Origin: Nitrosopumilus sp.
GTDB lineage: Archaea > Thermoproteota > Nitrososphaeria > Nitrososphaerales > Nitrosopumilaceae
DNA length: 64,000 nucleotides
Direction: 5' to 3'
NCBI GenBank assembly: GCA_965238275.1
Contig: OZ250186.1
Span: forward strand, 160,001 to 224,000
The notes beneath the pieces were generated by a model. That model saw nothing but the letters and a program-made list of their open reading frames with translations, did not search any database and was not told where the DNA came from. A program made the translations under genes and the position numbers. Below, piece after piece: positions 19,157-29,635 of this stretch; position 1 is the first letter of the stretch, and the number at the start of each line of letters is the position of its first letter.

Positions 19157-19421
19157 AGCATATCTCCTGATGCATCATAATTCATGGATATTATGTTGTG
19201 AGTTTTATTTAAGAAGGATCGCGGTTTTGCAGTTTTCAATCCGGGTTACGCCAGTCACTTTTTCGGGCGACATTACGCAGTCACCGTCATCCCGGATCAA
19301 ATCCCAAGTCATGTAAGACCGCTCCGTGTCTGCACGCTAAGATGGGGGTGAACAATTTTGGAGACATGCAATGAAATACAACATATGTAATCCTTTTATT
19401 TTGTACAGCAGAATACAGTGT

Positions 19422-19769
19422 ATGGAAGGCAGGCTCAACATCAACGTATCAGCAGTGGACTACGATAAGACTAGCAAGGCACTCATTCACCAGTTGGCCC
19501 TGCTAGAGGAGATGGTTCACGCAGAAGACGAGTTTGCCATGACTGACTCGGAGTTTGCATTCGGATGGCACTTTTTTGTCCTGAGTATCAACAGATCACT
19601 CATTCAAAAGCTGGCAGAGACGATGGGGCCAGACTATAACACCCTGAAGGGAAAGAACATCGAGAAGAAGTTTCTGACATGGCTGACAAGGAACGTGGAG
19701 TCAAAATCTCCCAGGTTCAAGCTTGCCATCAAGGAAGAGATGGAGTCAAGCAAGTTCGGCATATTCTAG
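19422..19769 (+). CDS. Conserved hypothetical protein
   Basis: Clean ORF with host-like codon usage after TATA-like TTTTATT; no recognisable motif. Confidence 0.7.
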   Translation: MEGRLNINVSAVDYDKTSKALIHQLALLEEMVHAEDEFAMTDSEFAFGWHFFVLSINRSLIQKLAETMGPDYNTLKGKNIEKKFLTWLTRNVESKSPRFKLAIKEEMESSKFGIF

Positions 19770-20137
19770 TACCGGCTACTGCACCATCACCCTGGATTTG
19801 TGCACGTGTGGGTTCTGTTGCATCCTTTTGCAGCAACGCCACTTTATGAATCACTAATGAGGCAGTGGCAAACAGGACAATGTCGAATTTCCCATCAGGT
19901 CAGGTGACTGCCCATGTCTTGCCGGAATGAATAACCATTCAGGACTGCATCCCTCGGGCCTTGCTGCATGATGACATAATACCGCCTGCGATTCTGCGTT
20001 CTGAAATAGAAATTCTGCGTATACGGAGCAGGCGCCTAGATTTCAGGTCCATGCCTAAAAATTGACCGGGACATGTGCCTGTGCAGACAGTTACCAATCT
20101 ACATAGATTATTATAGTAAGACACATACAGTCAAACA

Positions 20138-20599
20138 GTGAGATTAATAGCAAAGGTTGGCATCATCATAGGAATCATCATCGCAGTAATAGTAGTAGCC
20201 GGCGCGGCACTGTTCTACACAACAATAAGCATGATAGAAGAGCAGATGGGAATCGTTTTACCTGACTATTTTGAACAGATGGTTCTGGATGTGGATCACG
20301 CAGACCTGGTCAGGAACAACTCGGAATACGTCGGCGAGGTGATAAAGGGAACGGGGCAGATAATCAACATCGAGGAACGATCCAGTGAAGGACAGGCCTA
20401 TTTGATAGACGCAGGAGATGGGCAATACTATCTGATGTACAGTCCCCGGATCAGTGATGCTAAGATGCAGTGTGCGCTGTTCTATGGGACGGTAACAGGG
20501 CTTCAAAAGATGGGTCTGGTATCGGGCGACACGGTGTCAGCAGTGGTGCTCAATCAGAAATACATCGCATTCTCTCCTGCTCCAGATTCATTCAACTAG
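20138..20599 (+). CDS. Membrane-anchored hypothetical protein (possible OB-fold)
   Basis: N-terminal hydrophobic helix; YVGEVIKGTGQI, FYGTVTG pattern. Confidence 0.6.
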   Translation: MRLIAKVGIIIGIIIAVIVVAGAALFYTTISMIEEQMGIVLPDYFEQMVLDVDHADLVRNNSEYVGEVIKGTGQIINIEERSSEGQAYLIDAGDGQYYLMYSPRISDAKMQCALFYGTVTGLQKMGLVSGDTVSAVVLNQKYIAFSPAPDSFN

Positions 20600-20668
20600 C
20601 CTGCAACCCCCAGAAACCATCATGCACGCATGCCAAACGTATCCTGCCGATGCAGAATAATGTGTGTA

Positions 20669-20740
20669 GGCCCTCGAGGGGAATCGAACCCCTGTCCGGG
20701 GATCCACAATCCCCTATACTCACCACTGTACTACGAGGGC
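20669..20740 (-). tRNA. tRNA-His(GTG)
   Basis: Reverse complement GCCCTCGTAGTACAGTGG...GGGGA-TTGTGGA-TCCCC...GGTTCGATTCC CCTCGAGGGCC. Confidence 0.95.
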
Positions 20741-20929
20741 CACCAGAATAGGGCAGCACCCCTCCCGTAATAATCTTTGAGTCCGAGGCATCCAGACCCT
20801 GGACATGACTGCCGGTTCTGCACAGTCATGGACGGTTTCTGAGGCCAGGTTGTGCCGTACCCGGCCATCAGAACCGCTCCGGAACGCCCGGACTTTAGAT
20901 TTATTATTAGCTAGGTTTTGATTTTAGGT

Positions 20930-21010
20930 ATGCGGTTATGGTGGATTGGAATGGGCGTAGCCCTTGTCATCGTATGGATCGGAATGAACGAGCTGCTTCC
21001 GTTCAAGTAG
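20930..21010 (+). CDS. 26-aa single-TM peptide MRLWWIGMGVALVIVWIGMNELLPFK
   Basis: ATG..TAG ORF ~30 bp after AT-rich TATA-like box; hydrophobic; below ORF-track cutoff. Confidence 0.55.
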   Translation: MRLWWIGMGVALVIVWIGMNELLPFK

Positions 21011-21081
21011 TAGGCCGGTTGCGCGTGCCTGCGCGGCATGAACGATCGCTTTAAATTTGTTGCAACAGGGTATTCTTCGAC

Positions 21082-22083
21082 TTGAGGAAGGGATTCATAT
21101 CAAACAAGTTGCGACCCAACAAGAAGCCGCTGGACGATGCCAAGAGCATCCAAAAGAACGAGAGGATAAAGGGTGCGCGGTTCACATGGCTGAACCTTCA
21201 AAACCCCGACAGGCAGTACATGGAAAAGGTGGCAGAGGAGTACCGCCTGAACATGCTCAACGTGGAGGACTGCCTTACAAGGTTTGAGCTTCCAAAGCTT
21301 GACAGCTATGATGATCACTTCTTTGTAATCCTGCACTTTCCGCCCCTGGCACAAAAGACCGGAGTGTCAAGGAACAGCCAGCTGTCAGTCTTTGCCGGAA
21401 AGAACTTTCTGATAACTGTACACCAGGGGGACCTGGGCCCGCTAGTCGAGCTTGCAAAGTCCTACAGGAACTCTGAGAAAGAGCAGGCATCCATGTCTCC
21501 TGGAACAATGCTGCACAAGATTATAGACGTCCTGGTGGATGATCTCCTGCACACGTCGCGAAAGATAATAGCAAACCTGGACGAGATGGAGGACGGCGTA
21601 TTTGACGAGACAAAGTCGGTGGCAAGGAGCATCGCGCTGCTCAGGAGGGAGATCAACAGGCTGAGGAGGATGGCAAACCCGCTCAAAAAATTCGTACAAG
21701 AGATTGCAAGGGGGGTCGAGAGGCTCTCGGAGGGAGGCGACAAGGAACTCGGCCTGTACTTTGACGACGTGATAGACCACATAGACAAGGTGATTGAGAC
21801 GCTGGAGGAGTCAAGGGAGACCATGGAGATCTACAAGGATACGGACTTTGTGCTGAGCACGGAAAAGACAAACAAGGTACTTGGAATGCTGACCATCATA
21901 TTCACCCTGGCAATACCTGCAACCGTAATCGGGACATTCTATGGAATGAACGTCAGCCTGCCGGGCGCAGATGCCATGCTGTTCGGGCCGCTCACCGCGT
22001 TTACAATCATCATCGTGGCCTCGATAATCCCCGCGGCCCTGATGGTCATCTACTTTAGGAAGCTGGGCTGGATAAGCAGATAG
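21082..22083 (+). CDS. corA: CorA family Mg2+/Co2+ transporter
   Basis: YGMN signature with two C-terminal TM helices. Confidence 0.92.
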   Translation: MRKGFISNKLRPNKKPLDDAKSIQKNERIKGARFTWLNLQNPDRQYMEKVAEEYRLNMLNVEDCLTRFELPKLDSYDDHFFVILHFPPLAQKTGVSRNSQLSVFAGKNFLITVHQGDLGPLVELAKSYRNSEKEQASMSPGTMLHKIIDVLVDDLLHTSRKIIANLDEMEDGVFDETKSVARSIALLRREINRLRRMANPLKKFVQEIARGVERLSEGGDKELGLYFDDVIDHIDKVIETLEESRETMEIYKDTDFVLSTEKTNKVLGMLTIIFTLAIPATVIGTFYGMNVSLPGADAMLFGPLTAFTIIIVASIIPAALMVIYFRKLGWISR

Positions 22084-22354
22084 GCATCAGCCAAGCACGG
22101 GATGGCCCCGGAGCGGTCCGCCGCGTTTTCGATGGTCCCGGCATACGTTCCGCAGGAGGGGCTGTCGCAGGACATGAGGATCCAGACTGGGCTTCTGCCC
22201 GGCATTCTGGCTGTATCAGAGGGGGGGGACGGAACCCGGTCAGGGAACAACAGGGTGCTGCACATCGGCATTCCCAAACCTCCGGTTCTGTGGATCCTCG
22301 TATGCAATTTCCAAGACGACAAGTAGATAAATACAAGAGGTTTTAATCTAGAAC

Positions 22355-22621
22355 ATGGGAAAAATCAAAATACGCACCGGCAGAGGCACTGGAACAATCG
22401 AAGTTGACGACGATCCAAAGAAGTGGTCTGGAGACGAGTTTAAAAAGATTCAGGCGTTAAGAAAGAAAGAGGCTGCAAACAGAACTGTCCATACCGGCAG
22501 GGGCACCGGCACAACAAAGCTCGGAGACATACCGGATCCAAAGGCGGCGCCGTCCACGGAAGGAATGACGCGTGTTACAGGAAGAGGCACCGGTTCAAGA
22601 AAGAGCAAGGGTACCAAGTAG
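22355..22621 (+). CDS. Small basic protein with three TGRGTG repeats
   Basis: RTGRGTGT, HTGRGTGT, VTGRGTGS; followed by T-rich terminator-like tract. Confidence 0.7.
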   Translation: MGKIKIRTGRGTGTIEVDDDPKKWSGDEFKKIQALRKKEAANRTVHTGRGTGTTKLGDIPDPKAAPSTEGMTRVTGRGTGSRKSKGTK

Positions 22622-22645
22622 AAATTTTTTTTAGAATTTTTTCAT

Positions 22646-23311
22646 TCAGATCCTGACTTCAGGATCGCCCTTTCGAATCTTCTCCCAGTCTGCAAGAAAG
22701 CTCTCCAGTCCGAGCTTGGTCAGGGGATGCTTCATCATCTTGTCCAGTACCGCAGGGGGCAGCGTCACCACGTCTGCGCCCACCCGGGCTGCCTGGATCA
22801 CGTGCAGGGGATGGCGCACGCTGGCCACAAGGATCTGCGTTTTAAACGAATAGTTTGCAAATATCTCCCTGATCTCCCTTATCAGCTGCATGCCGTCCTG
22901 GCCCACGTCGTCAAGCCTGCCAATGAACGGACTCACGTATGTGGCCCCCGCCTTTGCCGCAAGCAGCGCCTGGTTGGCAGAAAATATCAGGGTTACATTC
23001 ACGGGGACGCCGTCTGCAGACATGGTCCTGCACGCCTTCAGGCCGTCAGGAGTCATCGGGACCTTGACTACCACCCCCTTGCCGTATTCGTAGAGTCTCC
23101 TGCCCTCTGCAAGCATCCCGTCGTAGTCGGTGCTGATCACCTCCAGGCTTACAGGGCCGCTGACAATCTGGGCAATCTGGGCCATCACCTCTGTTGGGTT
23201 GCCGCCCTCCCTTGAGAGCAGCGATGGGTTCGTGGTGATGCCGTCCAGCAGCCCCATGTCGTTGAACCTCCTGATGGATTCCAGGTTGGCAGTATCAAGA
23301 AATATCTTCAT
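22646..23311 (-). CDS. tal: Transaldolase / fructose-6-phosphate aldolase
   Basis: FLDTAN, GITTNPSL, VVKVP, NVTLIFS, YVSPFIGR. Confidence 0.92.
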   Translation of the reverse strand: MKIFLDTANLESIRRFNDMGLLDGITTNPSLLSREGGNPTEVMAQIAQIVSGPVSLEVISTDYDGMLAEGRRLYEYGKGVVVKVPMTPDGLKACRTMSADGVPVNVTLIFSANQALLAAKAGATYVSPFIGRLDDVGQDGMQLIREIREIFANYSFKTQILVASVRHPLHVIQAARVGADVVTLPPAVLDKMMKHPLTKLGLESFLADWEKIRKGDPEVRI

Positions 23312-24282
23312 AGCTTTTCCCTCAGAAGGGTAGCCTGCCTTGCCATATTAAACGGTGTGATTCCGTGCTTTTCAAGCAGGAGCGGGACCTCCACGTCGTG
23401 CGCAGACTCGCCAAACATGTCCATCACCCCCACCCTCTTGACTGGCACGGGGTGCGACTCTGACACCGACTCTGCAACTGCAGAGCCCATGCCCCCAAGG
23501 ATGTTGTGCTCCTCGGCAGTTACGATGCACCCGGTCTGGCGCGCGGCCTTTTCCAGCAGCGCAGAGTCTATGGGTTTTACGCAGAACATGTCAAGGACGC
23601 GGCAGGATATCCCGTCGCGCTTCTGCAGGATGTCGGCTGCCTCAAGGGCCATGTGTACGGTTATTCCGCATGATACGATGGTGCAGTCAGAGCCGTCCCG
23701 GACCGTTATGCCCCTGCCTGTCTGGAACTCCTGGGATTCGGGGTGTACCAGCGGGGTCTTTGATCTTGACATCCTCATGTAGAACGGCCCATAACTTGAT
23801 GCCATCAAGTCGATCAGCGCAGAGACTGCAACGGTGTCTGCCGGAATGAACACAGAAAAGTTGGGAATCGCCCTCATGATGGCAATATCCTCTATCTGCT
23901 GGTGCGATCCCCCGTCGGGCCCGACTGAGAGGCCTCCGTGGGACACCACCAGCTTTACGTTGAGTCCACTTTTTCCGGGCGGGGACGGATATGCTATGTT
24001 GTTTCGTATCTGGTCTACTGCCCTGCCCGGAAGGAATATGGCGTACGTGCTTGCAAACGGGATCTTGCCGGATGCTGCAAGCCCCGCAGACACCGTAACC
24101 AAGTTTGCCTCGGCAATTCCCACGTTGAAGAACCTGTCGGGAAACTCCCTGCCAAACCCGGCAGTCTTTAGCGAGTCAGTCGTGTCAGCGCCGAGCACCA
24201 CTATCCGGTTATTTGTCCTCCCCATCCTGATGAGTGCCCGGGAGTACTCTGAGCGCATGTCAGTCATGACAGGCTTGCTCAA
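23308..24282 (-). CDS. Transketolase C-terminal subunit
   Basis: FFNVGIAEAN, DGGSHQ, EEHNILGGMGSAV; TTGA overlap with upstream gene. Confidence 0.9.
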   Translation of the reverse strand: MSKPVMTDMRSEYSRALIRMGRTNNRIVVLGADTTDSLKTAGFGREFPDRFFNVGIAEANLVTVSAGLAASGKIPFASTYAIFLPGRAVDQIRNNIAYPSPPGKSGLNVKLVVSHGGLSVGPDGGSHQQIEDIAIMRAIPNFSVFIPADTVAVSALIDLMASSYGPFYMRMSRSKTPLVHPESQEFQTGRGITVRDGSDCTIVSCGITVHMALEAADILQKRDGISCRVLDMFCVKPIDSALLEKAARQTGCIVTAEEHNILGGMGSAVAESVSESHPVPVKRVGVMDMFGESAHDVEVPLLLEKHGITPFNMARQATLLREKL

Positions 24283-25964
24283 AGGTATCGTGCCTCCCGT
24301 GCCAGTGCCTCTATCTGCTCTTTTTTTGCGCCCACCATGTGCAGGTCTATCCATTTGCGGACAAGGTCTGTGCCCCCGAGGGAGTGGGCCCTTGCAAGAA
24401 GGAGCCGCCTTCTGGACTCGACGGCCCCGTCCCGGAACTCCCGGATTGCCTCCGGCACGTCGGATCTACCTATGATGGCCCCGCCCCCGACAAAGGCGCG
24501 GGCGCCGTCGGCAAACGCGGAGCCTATGTTGTCCTGGTTGATGCCGCCGTCGGCCTCAACGTATCCTGCAAAGCCGTTACTTTGCAGGAGGGGCATCAGG
24601 CGGGCCATCTTGTCATGCGTCTCCTCAATGTACTTCTGGCCTGACCTTCCGGGAACCACAGACATCACTATGAGCTGGTCGATTATCGGCAGGAACGAGT
24701 AGGACCACTCCGGAAGCTCCGTGTCGGGGTTGATTGCAAGGCCCACGCCAACCATGCTCTGCCTGAGGGTGTCGCATATTCTGCCAAAGGAGTCCCTGTC
24801 AGTCACCTCGGCATGGACCGTGATGATGTCGCTGCCTGCACGGATGTAGTCAGGCACGTGCCGTTCCGGGTCGTCTATCATAAGGTGGGTGTCAAAGGGG
24901 ATAACCGTAAGGGGCCTGAGGTCTTGTATGGCGGTGTGATCAAAGGTGCAGTTGGGGACAAACTTCCCGTCCATGACGTCAAGGTGGATATAGTCGGCCC
25001 TTCCCGAGACGCACCGTCCCACCTCGCCGGGCAGGTCGTTCATGTCCCCTGCAATTATGGAGGGGGCAATCATGAACTGCGAGTCCAGCTCCTGGTTGAT
25101 TATCGGGATGGTGTCAGGCGCAGGGGCCTTGCCGTGCCACTGAGGATTGTCCTCCATGTGCTCGACTGACTTGCCCTTTATGGTGCGGGATATTATTATT
25201 GTCGGGACGTTTTTGGTTGCGCATGCCTGCGTGATGGCCGCATCAATCTGCTCTATCCTGTGTCCGTCTATCTCGATTACGTTCCACCCGAAGGAGCGCC
25301 ACTTGTCGCCGGTCCTCCAACGGGAGGCGTCATTCCACATCTCGGAGAGGTCATCGCCTGCAAGGTGCCTGTCAAGCGGCATCACCTTTTCGGTGTAGGA
25401 GTCCTGCTGGATAAAGTTCCTGTCAAGGAATACCGTGAGGTTGTCAGTCTTGTACTTTGCAGCAGTCATTGCAGCCTCCCATATCTGGCCCTCGTCAGAC
25501 TCCCCGTCACCGATTACGGTGTAGACGTGATGCCCCTTGGAGTCTATCTTGGCTGCAAGTGCCACGCCGACAGAGTAGGAGAGTCCCGTTCCAAGGGAGC
25601 CTCCGCAGAACTCCACCCCTGGGCATTTGAGGTCAGGATGCCCCTGGAGCCTGCTGCCAAGCTTTCTCAGCGTGTCAAGCTCCGACTCTGGGATGTATCC
25701 TGCAACTGCCATGTTTGCAAAGAGCCCGGGGGCCGCATGCCCCTTGGAGAGTACTAGCCTGTCCCGGTCCTCCCATTCCGGATTGCTTGGATCAAACCTC
25801 AGGTGCTTGTAGAACAGGCAGCCGAGGATCTCTGCCATGGAAAACGAGCCCCCCGGATGCCCGGAGCCTGCAATGCCCGTTGCCCGTATCACCAGCCTGC
25901 GGGCCCGAAGCACTTTTCTCTTTATCTGGTAATAGTTGAGCCCCATCGTATCGTATCTTGACAA
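24279..25964 (-). CDS. Transketolase N-terminal subunit fused to ribulose-phosphate 3-epimerase
   Basis: SGHPGG, SKGH, GDGESDEG; then IAPSI, HLDVMDG, MSVVPG, ADGGIN. Confidence 0.9.
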   Translation of the reverse strand: MSRYDTMGLNYYQIKRKVLRARRLVIRATGIAGSGHPGGSFSMAEILGCLFYKHLRFDPSNPEWEDRDRLVLSKGHAAPGLFANMAVAGYIPESELDTLRKLGSRLQGHPDLKCPGVEFCGGSLGTGLSYSVGVALAAKIDSKGHHVYTVIGDGESDEGQIWEAAMTAAKYKTDNLTVFLDRNFIQQDSYTEKVMPLDRHLAGDDLSEMWNDASRWRTGDKWRSFGWNVIEIDGHRIEQIDAAITQACATKNVPTIIISRTIKGKSVEHMEDNPQWHGKAPAPDTIPIINQELDSQFMIAPSIIAGDMNDLPGEVGRCVSGRADYIHLDVMDGKFVPNCTFDHTAIQDLRPLTVIPFDTHLMIDDPERHVPDYIRAGSDIITVHAEVTDRDSFGRICDTLRQSMVGVGLAINPDTELPEWSYSFLPIIDQLIVMSVVPGRSGQKYIEETHDKMARLMPLLQSNGFAGYVEADGGINQDNIGSAFADGARAFVGGGAIIGRSDVPEAIREFRDGAVESRRRLLLARAHSLGGTDLVRKWIDLHMVGAKKEQIEALAREARYL

Positions 25965-26066
25965 ATTGAATAAAAATCTACTTCTGTGGAATGGGGGATG
26001 CGGTGTAGGATGGGAGAGATATCCATGTCAGTAAGCTGTGCGGGACAATGATTTAAAGCGTACCGG

Positions 26067-26339
26067 ATGGAAGATAGAGCCATGGGGAATGACAAGTGCG
26101 ACTTTTGCAGGGGGACAGGCAGGAGTACATCCGGCATGTGCGTGTACTGTAACGGTACCGGCGAGTGGAACCAGGCCGCACAGGCATACGTCAAGAACCA
26201 CATATGCCAGTGCATCACCCTGGACAGAAAGTTCTGTCCCGTGTGCAACAAGGCGTGCCACCACGACACCACGCTGAGTCCAAGGCAGAAGATCGATCCC
26301 GGATACGGGGGAATGGCAACGCCAGGAATGAGATCCTAG
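26067..26339 (+). CDS. Small Cys-rich zinc-binding protein
   Basis: CDFCRGTG, CVYCNGTG, HICQC, CPVC. Confidence 0.7.
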   Translation: MEDRAMGNDKCDFCRGTGRSTSGMCVYCNGTGEWNQAAQAYVKNHICQCITLDRKFCPVCNKACHHDTTLSPRQKIDPGYGGMATPGMRS

Positions 26340-26403
26340 GGACAATACAGGGTTTGCAGATCATGGCATGCTCTAAATAGCGCATTTGGCGCATGGTGTC
26401 TTG

Positions 26404-27831
26404 ATGAGAATTGCAGAATCCGTAGAAAAGACAGAGATGCTGTGCGGGTTTGTGCACGAGGGAAGAGACGAGATACTGGGATTTGACAGAATCAAGGTGT
26501 CGCAGGAAGTAAGACAGGCGCTTGCAGACATGAAGGGGAAGATGGGGGCGACATGCGTGGTTTATTCCCCGAATGCCAAACACCAGAGGATACTGCTTGC
26601 AGGGCTTGGCAGGGAGACAACAGAGGATACGGTCAGGTTTGTCTCAGGCAGGATTGCGCAAAAGGCAGCAGGTCTTGGGGTAAAAGAGTTTTCAATAGTT
26701 TCACCGGATGGGGATGCGTCACCGTCCCGCATCATCGAGGGGGTCGTGATGTCGCTGTACAGGTTTGACAGGTTCAAGTCCGAAAAGGGCGATGCGCTGC
26801 CTGATTTTACAGTGGTGGCGCCAAGCGGGGCAGGGCCTGCGGCCAGGACAGCCGGTATCGTTTCAGACGGGGTTGTATTTACAAGGAATGTTGCCAACAT
26901 GCCTCCAAACGAGTGCACCCCTGCAGTGCTGGCCGGCCTGGCAAAAAAGATCTCAAGGAAGAACAAGATTAAGTGCAGGGTGGTTGCAGAAGCCGAACTG
27001 AAGAGGAGGGGGTTTGGCGGAATTACGGCAGTGGGGCAGGGGAGCAGCAACGGCCCCAGGCTTATAATTATGGAGTATGGCGGAGGCGCAAAGGGGGCAA
27101 AGCCGACGGTGCTGGTAGGAAAGGCTGTGACCTTTGATACCGGCGGGATCTCCATCAAGCCAGGCGAGAAGATGGACGAGATGAAGTTTGACAAGTGCGG
27201 GGGGTGCACCGTCCTGGGAATTCTCAAGGCCGCATCAGAGATGGGGCTAGGGGTGAACCTGATCGGGATAGTGCCGGCCGTAGAAAACATGCCCGGGGGA
27301 GACTCGTACAGGCCCGGGGACATAATCAGACTGTACAGCAAAAAGACAGCAGAAATCATGAATACGGACGCAGAAGGAAGGCTGATTCTTGCAGACGCGC
27401 TCTCCTACGGGGAGAAGCATTATCGCCCCAGGGCGATAATTGACTTTGCCACGCTGACAGGCGCGTGCATTGTTGCGCTGGGAAACAACGTCGCAGGAAT
27501 GGTCTCAAATGACAGAGATGAGGCTGCAAGGATAATGGATGCCTCCAGGAGGACATCCGAGGAGGTCTGGGAGCTGCCGCTGAACCAGGACTACATGGAC
27601 ATGATAAAGTCCGATGTGGCTGACATGAAGAACATCGGGATCGGAAGGGCCGCAGGCACCATTACGGCCGCAGCATTCCTGAAAAACGCCATAAATGACA
27701 CGCCGTGGGTCCACATTGATATTGCAGGGGTAGCATGGAAACAGGCAGGCACCAAGGAGAAGCCGTACAATCCAAAGGGCGCGACCGGCTTTGGCGTAAG
27801 GCTGGTTCTTGACTATCTGCAGAACCTCTAG
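26404..27831 (+). CDS. pepA: Leucyl aminopeptidase (M17)
   Basis: GKAVTFDTGG, MKFDKCG, NTDAEGRL, TLTGA, HIDIAG. Confidence 0.93.
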   Translation: MRIAESVEKTEMLCGFVHEGRDEILGFDRIKVSQEVRQALADMKGKMGATCVVYSPNAKHQRILLAGLGRETTEDTVRFVSGRIAQKAAGLGVKEFSIVSPDGDASPSRIIEGVVMSLYRFDRFKSEKGDALPDFTVVAPSGAGPAARTAGIVSDGVVFTRNVANMPPNECTPAVLAGLAKKISRKNKIKCRVVAEAELKRRGFGGITAVGQGSSNGPRLIIMEYGGGAKGAKPTVLVGKAVTFDTGGISIKPGEKMDEMKFDKCGGCTVLGILKAASEMGLGVNLIGIVPAVENMPGGDSYRPGDIIRLYSKKTAEIMNTDAEGRLILADALSYGEKHYRPRAIIDFATLTGACIVALGNNVAGMVSNDRDEAARIMDASRRTSEEVWELPLNQDYMDMIKSDVADMKNIGIGRAAGTITAAAFLKNAINDTPWVHIDIAGVAWKQAGTKEKPYNPKGATGFGVRLVLDYLQNL

Positions 27832-27956
27832 TAGCCCCGGCTGTTCCGGTCAGGCTTTCCGACGTTTGGGTTGCGCCAGCTGTGCTTTTCCATCATGTGA
27901 TTGAGGAATCGGATGTCGTTTTCACACGACTCCCCACATACTGCACATACAGGCAT
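27828..27956 (-). CDS. 42-aa C2H2 zinc-finger protein
   Basis: MPVCAVCGE...FLNHMMEKH. Confidence 0.6.
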   Translation of the reverse strand: MPVCAVCGESCENDIRFLNHMMEKHSWRNPNVGKPDRNSRGY

Positions 27957-28034
27957 GACTGGTGTGCGGGTGCGGAGGAATATTAAGATTGCAGCGGCAT
28001 GGCAATGTCGTGGATTCGATAAACAAAAGGATAC

Positions 28035-29635
28035 GTAACTGTGTAGTTTTTTGATCAAACGTTGAATTCCATGCCTACAAACGTCTGTGTAGTTTTTTTT
28101 GAAACTATTTTTAATCACTTGATCGAGTTTTTCTCTCCATTCCAATTTTTAGATCATCAGTTCCCACGGTTTGCATTATGCCTGATGATAATTCCGAGTC
28201 AAGGATTGCAGAACTGGAGGAAAAAGTGGAGATGATGGCAGGGCAGCTGGCCAAAAAAGACCGTCAGCTGGCCAATCTCGCTGATCTTTACGCTGCCGCC
28301 CTCCGACAGATCCGGGACCTCACGGCAGAGTTGCAGGAAGCAAAGGGCGTCATATCGGCTGCCGTTGCAAGGAGCATCGGCGCAAAACCTGACAAAAAGA
28401 CCGGCGGTGCCAGACGCCGCACAAAGGCCAAGGGCAGGCCAAGCGTCCACAGACGTACCGGCCTCAGGCGTCCTGAAAGAATAGACGCGGAGGAGACGGC
28501 AGATCCCCACACGTGCGACAACTGCGGCAGCTCCGACCTCTCCGAGTGCGTATCCACGTACACAAAGGTCGTAAGGGAGGCTGCCAGGGTGGAACTAGAG
28601 CACATCAAGGTGACAGTAAAGAGAAGGCGCTGCAGGAACTGCAAGAAGACCGTGTCCGGCAGGACCCCGCTGGCACTGCCAAACTCCAGGTACGGGATCA
28701 ACTTTATGATAATGATGGTCATCCTCAGGCTGCACGGCATGTCAGACCTCAGGATATGCCAGATTGTCCTGCTAACGTACTCTGCAAGGATCACCGAATC
28801 TGCCATAAACCGCATGGTGTGCAGGATGGCACGGGAGCTTGGGCCGCTGTACGAGAAGATCAAGGAGGAGGTGAGGCGCTCGCCTGCGATAAATGGGGAC
28901 GAGTCTGTCTGGCGCGTCAACGGCACCAACTATTGGCTGTGGGCGGTGGTAACAAAGTACGCCGTAATCTACGAGGTACACCGCCGCAGGAACTCGAAGG
29001 TTCCAAAAAAGATGCTTGGCAAGGACTATTCGGGATGCGTGACGTCTGACTCGTGGGGAGCGTGGAACGTCATAGGAACCATGCACCAAAAGTGCCACCT
29101 GCATTACGCCCGGGACATCAAGGACACCCTGAGATACAAAAATCCCGGCCAGGACTACCGGCGGCACGCAAGGACGCTGCGCAGCATACTGTGGGACTCG
29201 CACGTCGACGGTGCCATTCCGGGAGGAGCAGACGCGCTTGCCACAAAGAAGAGGCTGGACCGTCGCATCGCGTCCCTGATAGGCAGGCTCGAGAAGGACC
29301 GCGACTGCAAGCACTGCAACAGGATGCGCAAGAGGCTGGTGCGGGAAAGGGATCACCTGTTTGCGTTTCTGGAGACAGACGATGTCGAATACCACAACAA
29401 CCGGGCAGAGCGGGCCATCAGGCCGTACGTCATTCTTCGCAAGAACAGCAACGGGAGCAGGTCAAAGAAGGGCGCAGACGCGATTGCCGTGCTGATGAGC
29501 ATCAAGCAGACATGCAAGGCAAGGGGAGATGATTTTTGCACGGTCCTGCGCGAGAATCTGGTTCCATGTTAAAAAAAATACATAGTTTTTTGTAGGCATG
29601 GAATTCACCATTTGATCAAAAAACTACACAGTTAC
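28035..29635 (+). mobile_element. IS66-family element (single-ORF type), intact
   Basis: ~47-bp TIRs starting GTAACTGTGTAGTTTTTTGATCAAA; 8-bp TSD AAGGATAC at 28027-28034 and 29636-29643. Confidence 0.92.
28178..29572 (+). CDS. IS66 transposase
   Basis: Coiled coil, CxxC..CxxC, NGDES, TSD, QKCHLHYAR, NNRAERAIR. Confidence 0.92.
   Translation: MPDDNSESRIAELEEKVEMMAGQLAKKDRQLANLADLYAAALRQIRDLTAELQEAKGVISAAVARSIGAKPDKKTGGARRRTKAKGRPSVHRRTGLRRPERIDAEETADPHTCDNCGSSDLSECVSTYTKVVREAARVELEHIKVTVKRRRCRNCKKTVSGRTPLALPNSRYGINFMIMMVILRLHGMSDLRICQIVLLTYSARITESAINRMVCRMARELGPLYEKIKEEVRRSPAINGDESVWRVNGTNYWLWAVVTKYAVIYEVHRRRNSKVPKKMLGKDYSGCVTSDSWGAWNVIGTMHQKCHLHYARDIKDTLRYKNPGQDYRRHARTLRSILWDSHVDGAIPGGADALATKKRLDRRIASLIGRLEKDRDCKHCNRMRKRLVRERDHLFAFLETDDVEYHNNRAERAIRPYVILRKNSNGSRSKKGADAIAVLMSIKQTCKARGDDFCTVLRENLVPC

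Noticed and set aside
19770-20740. tRNA-His as integration site for the nurA-herA region
   Set aside because: No integrase and no duplicated tRNA 3' end (att) found by eye
24279-25964. Transketolase-N / ribulose-phosphate epimerase fusion
   Set aside because: Recognised as a conserved thaumarchaeal arrangement
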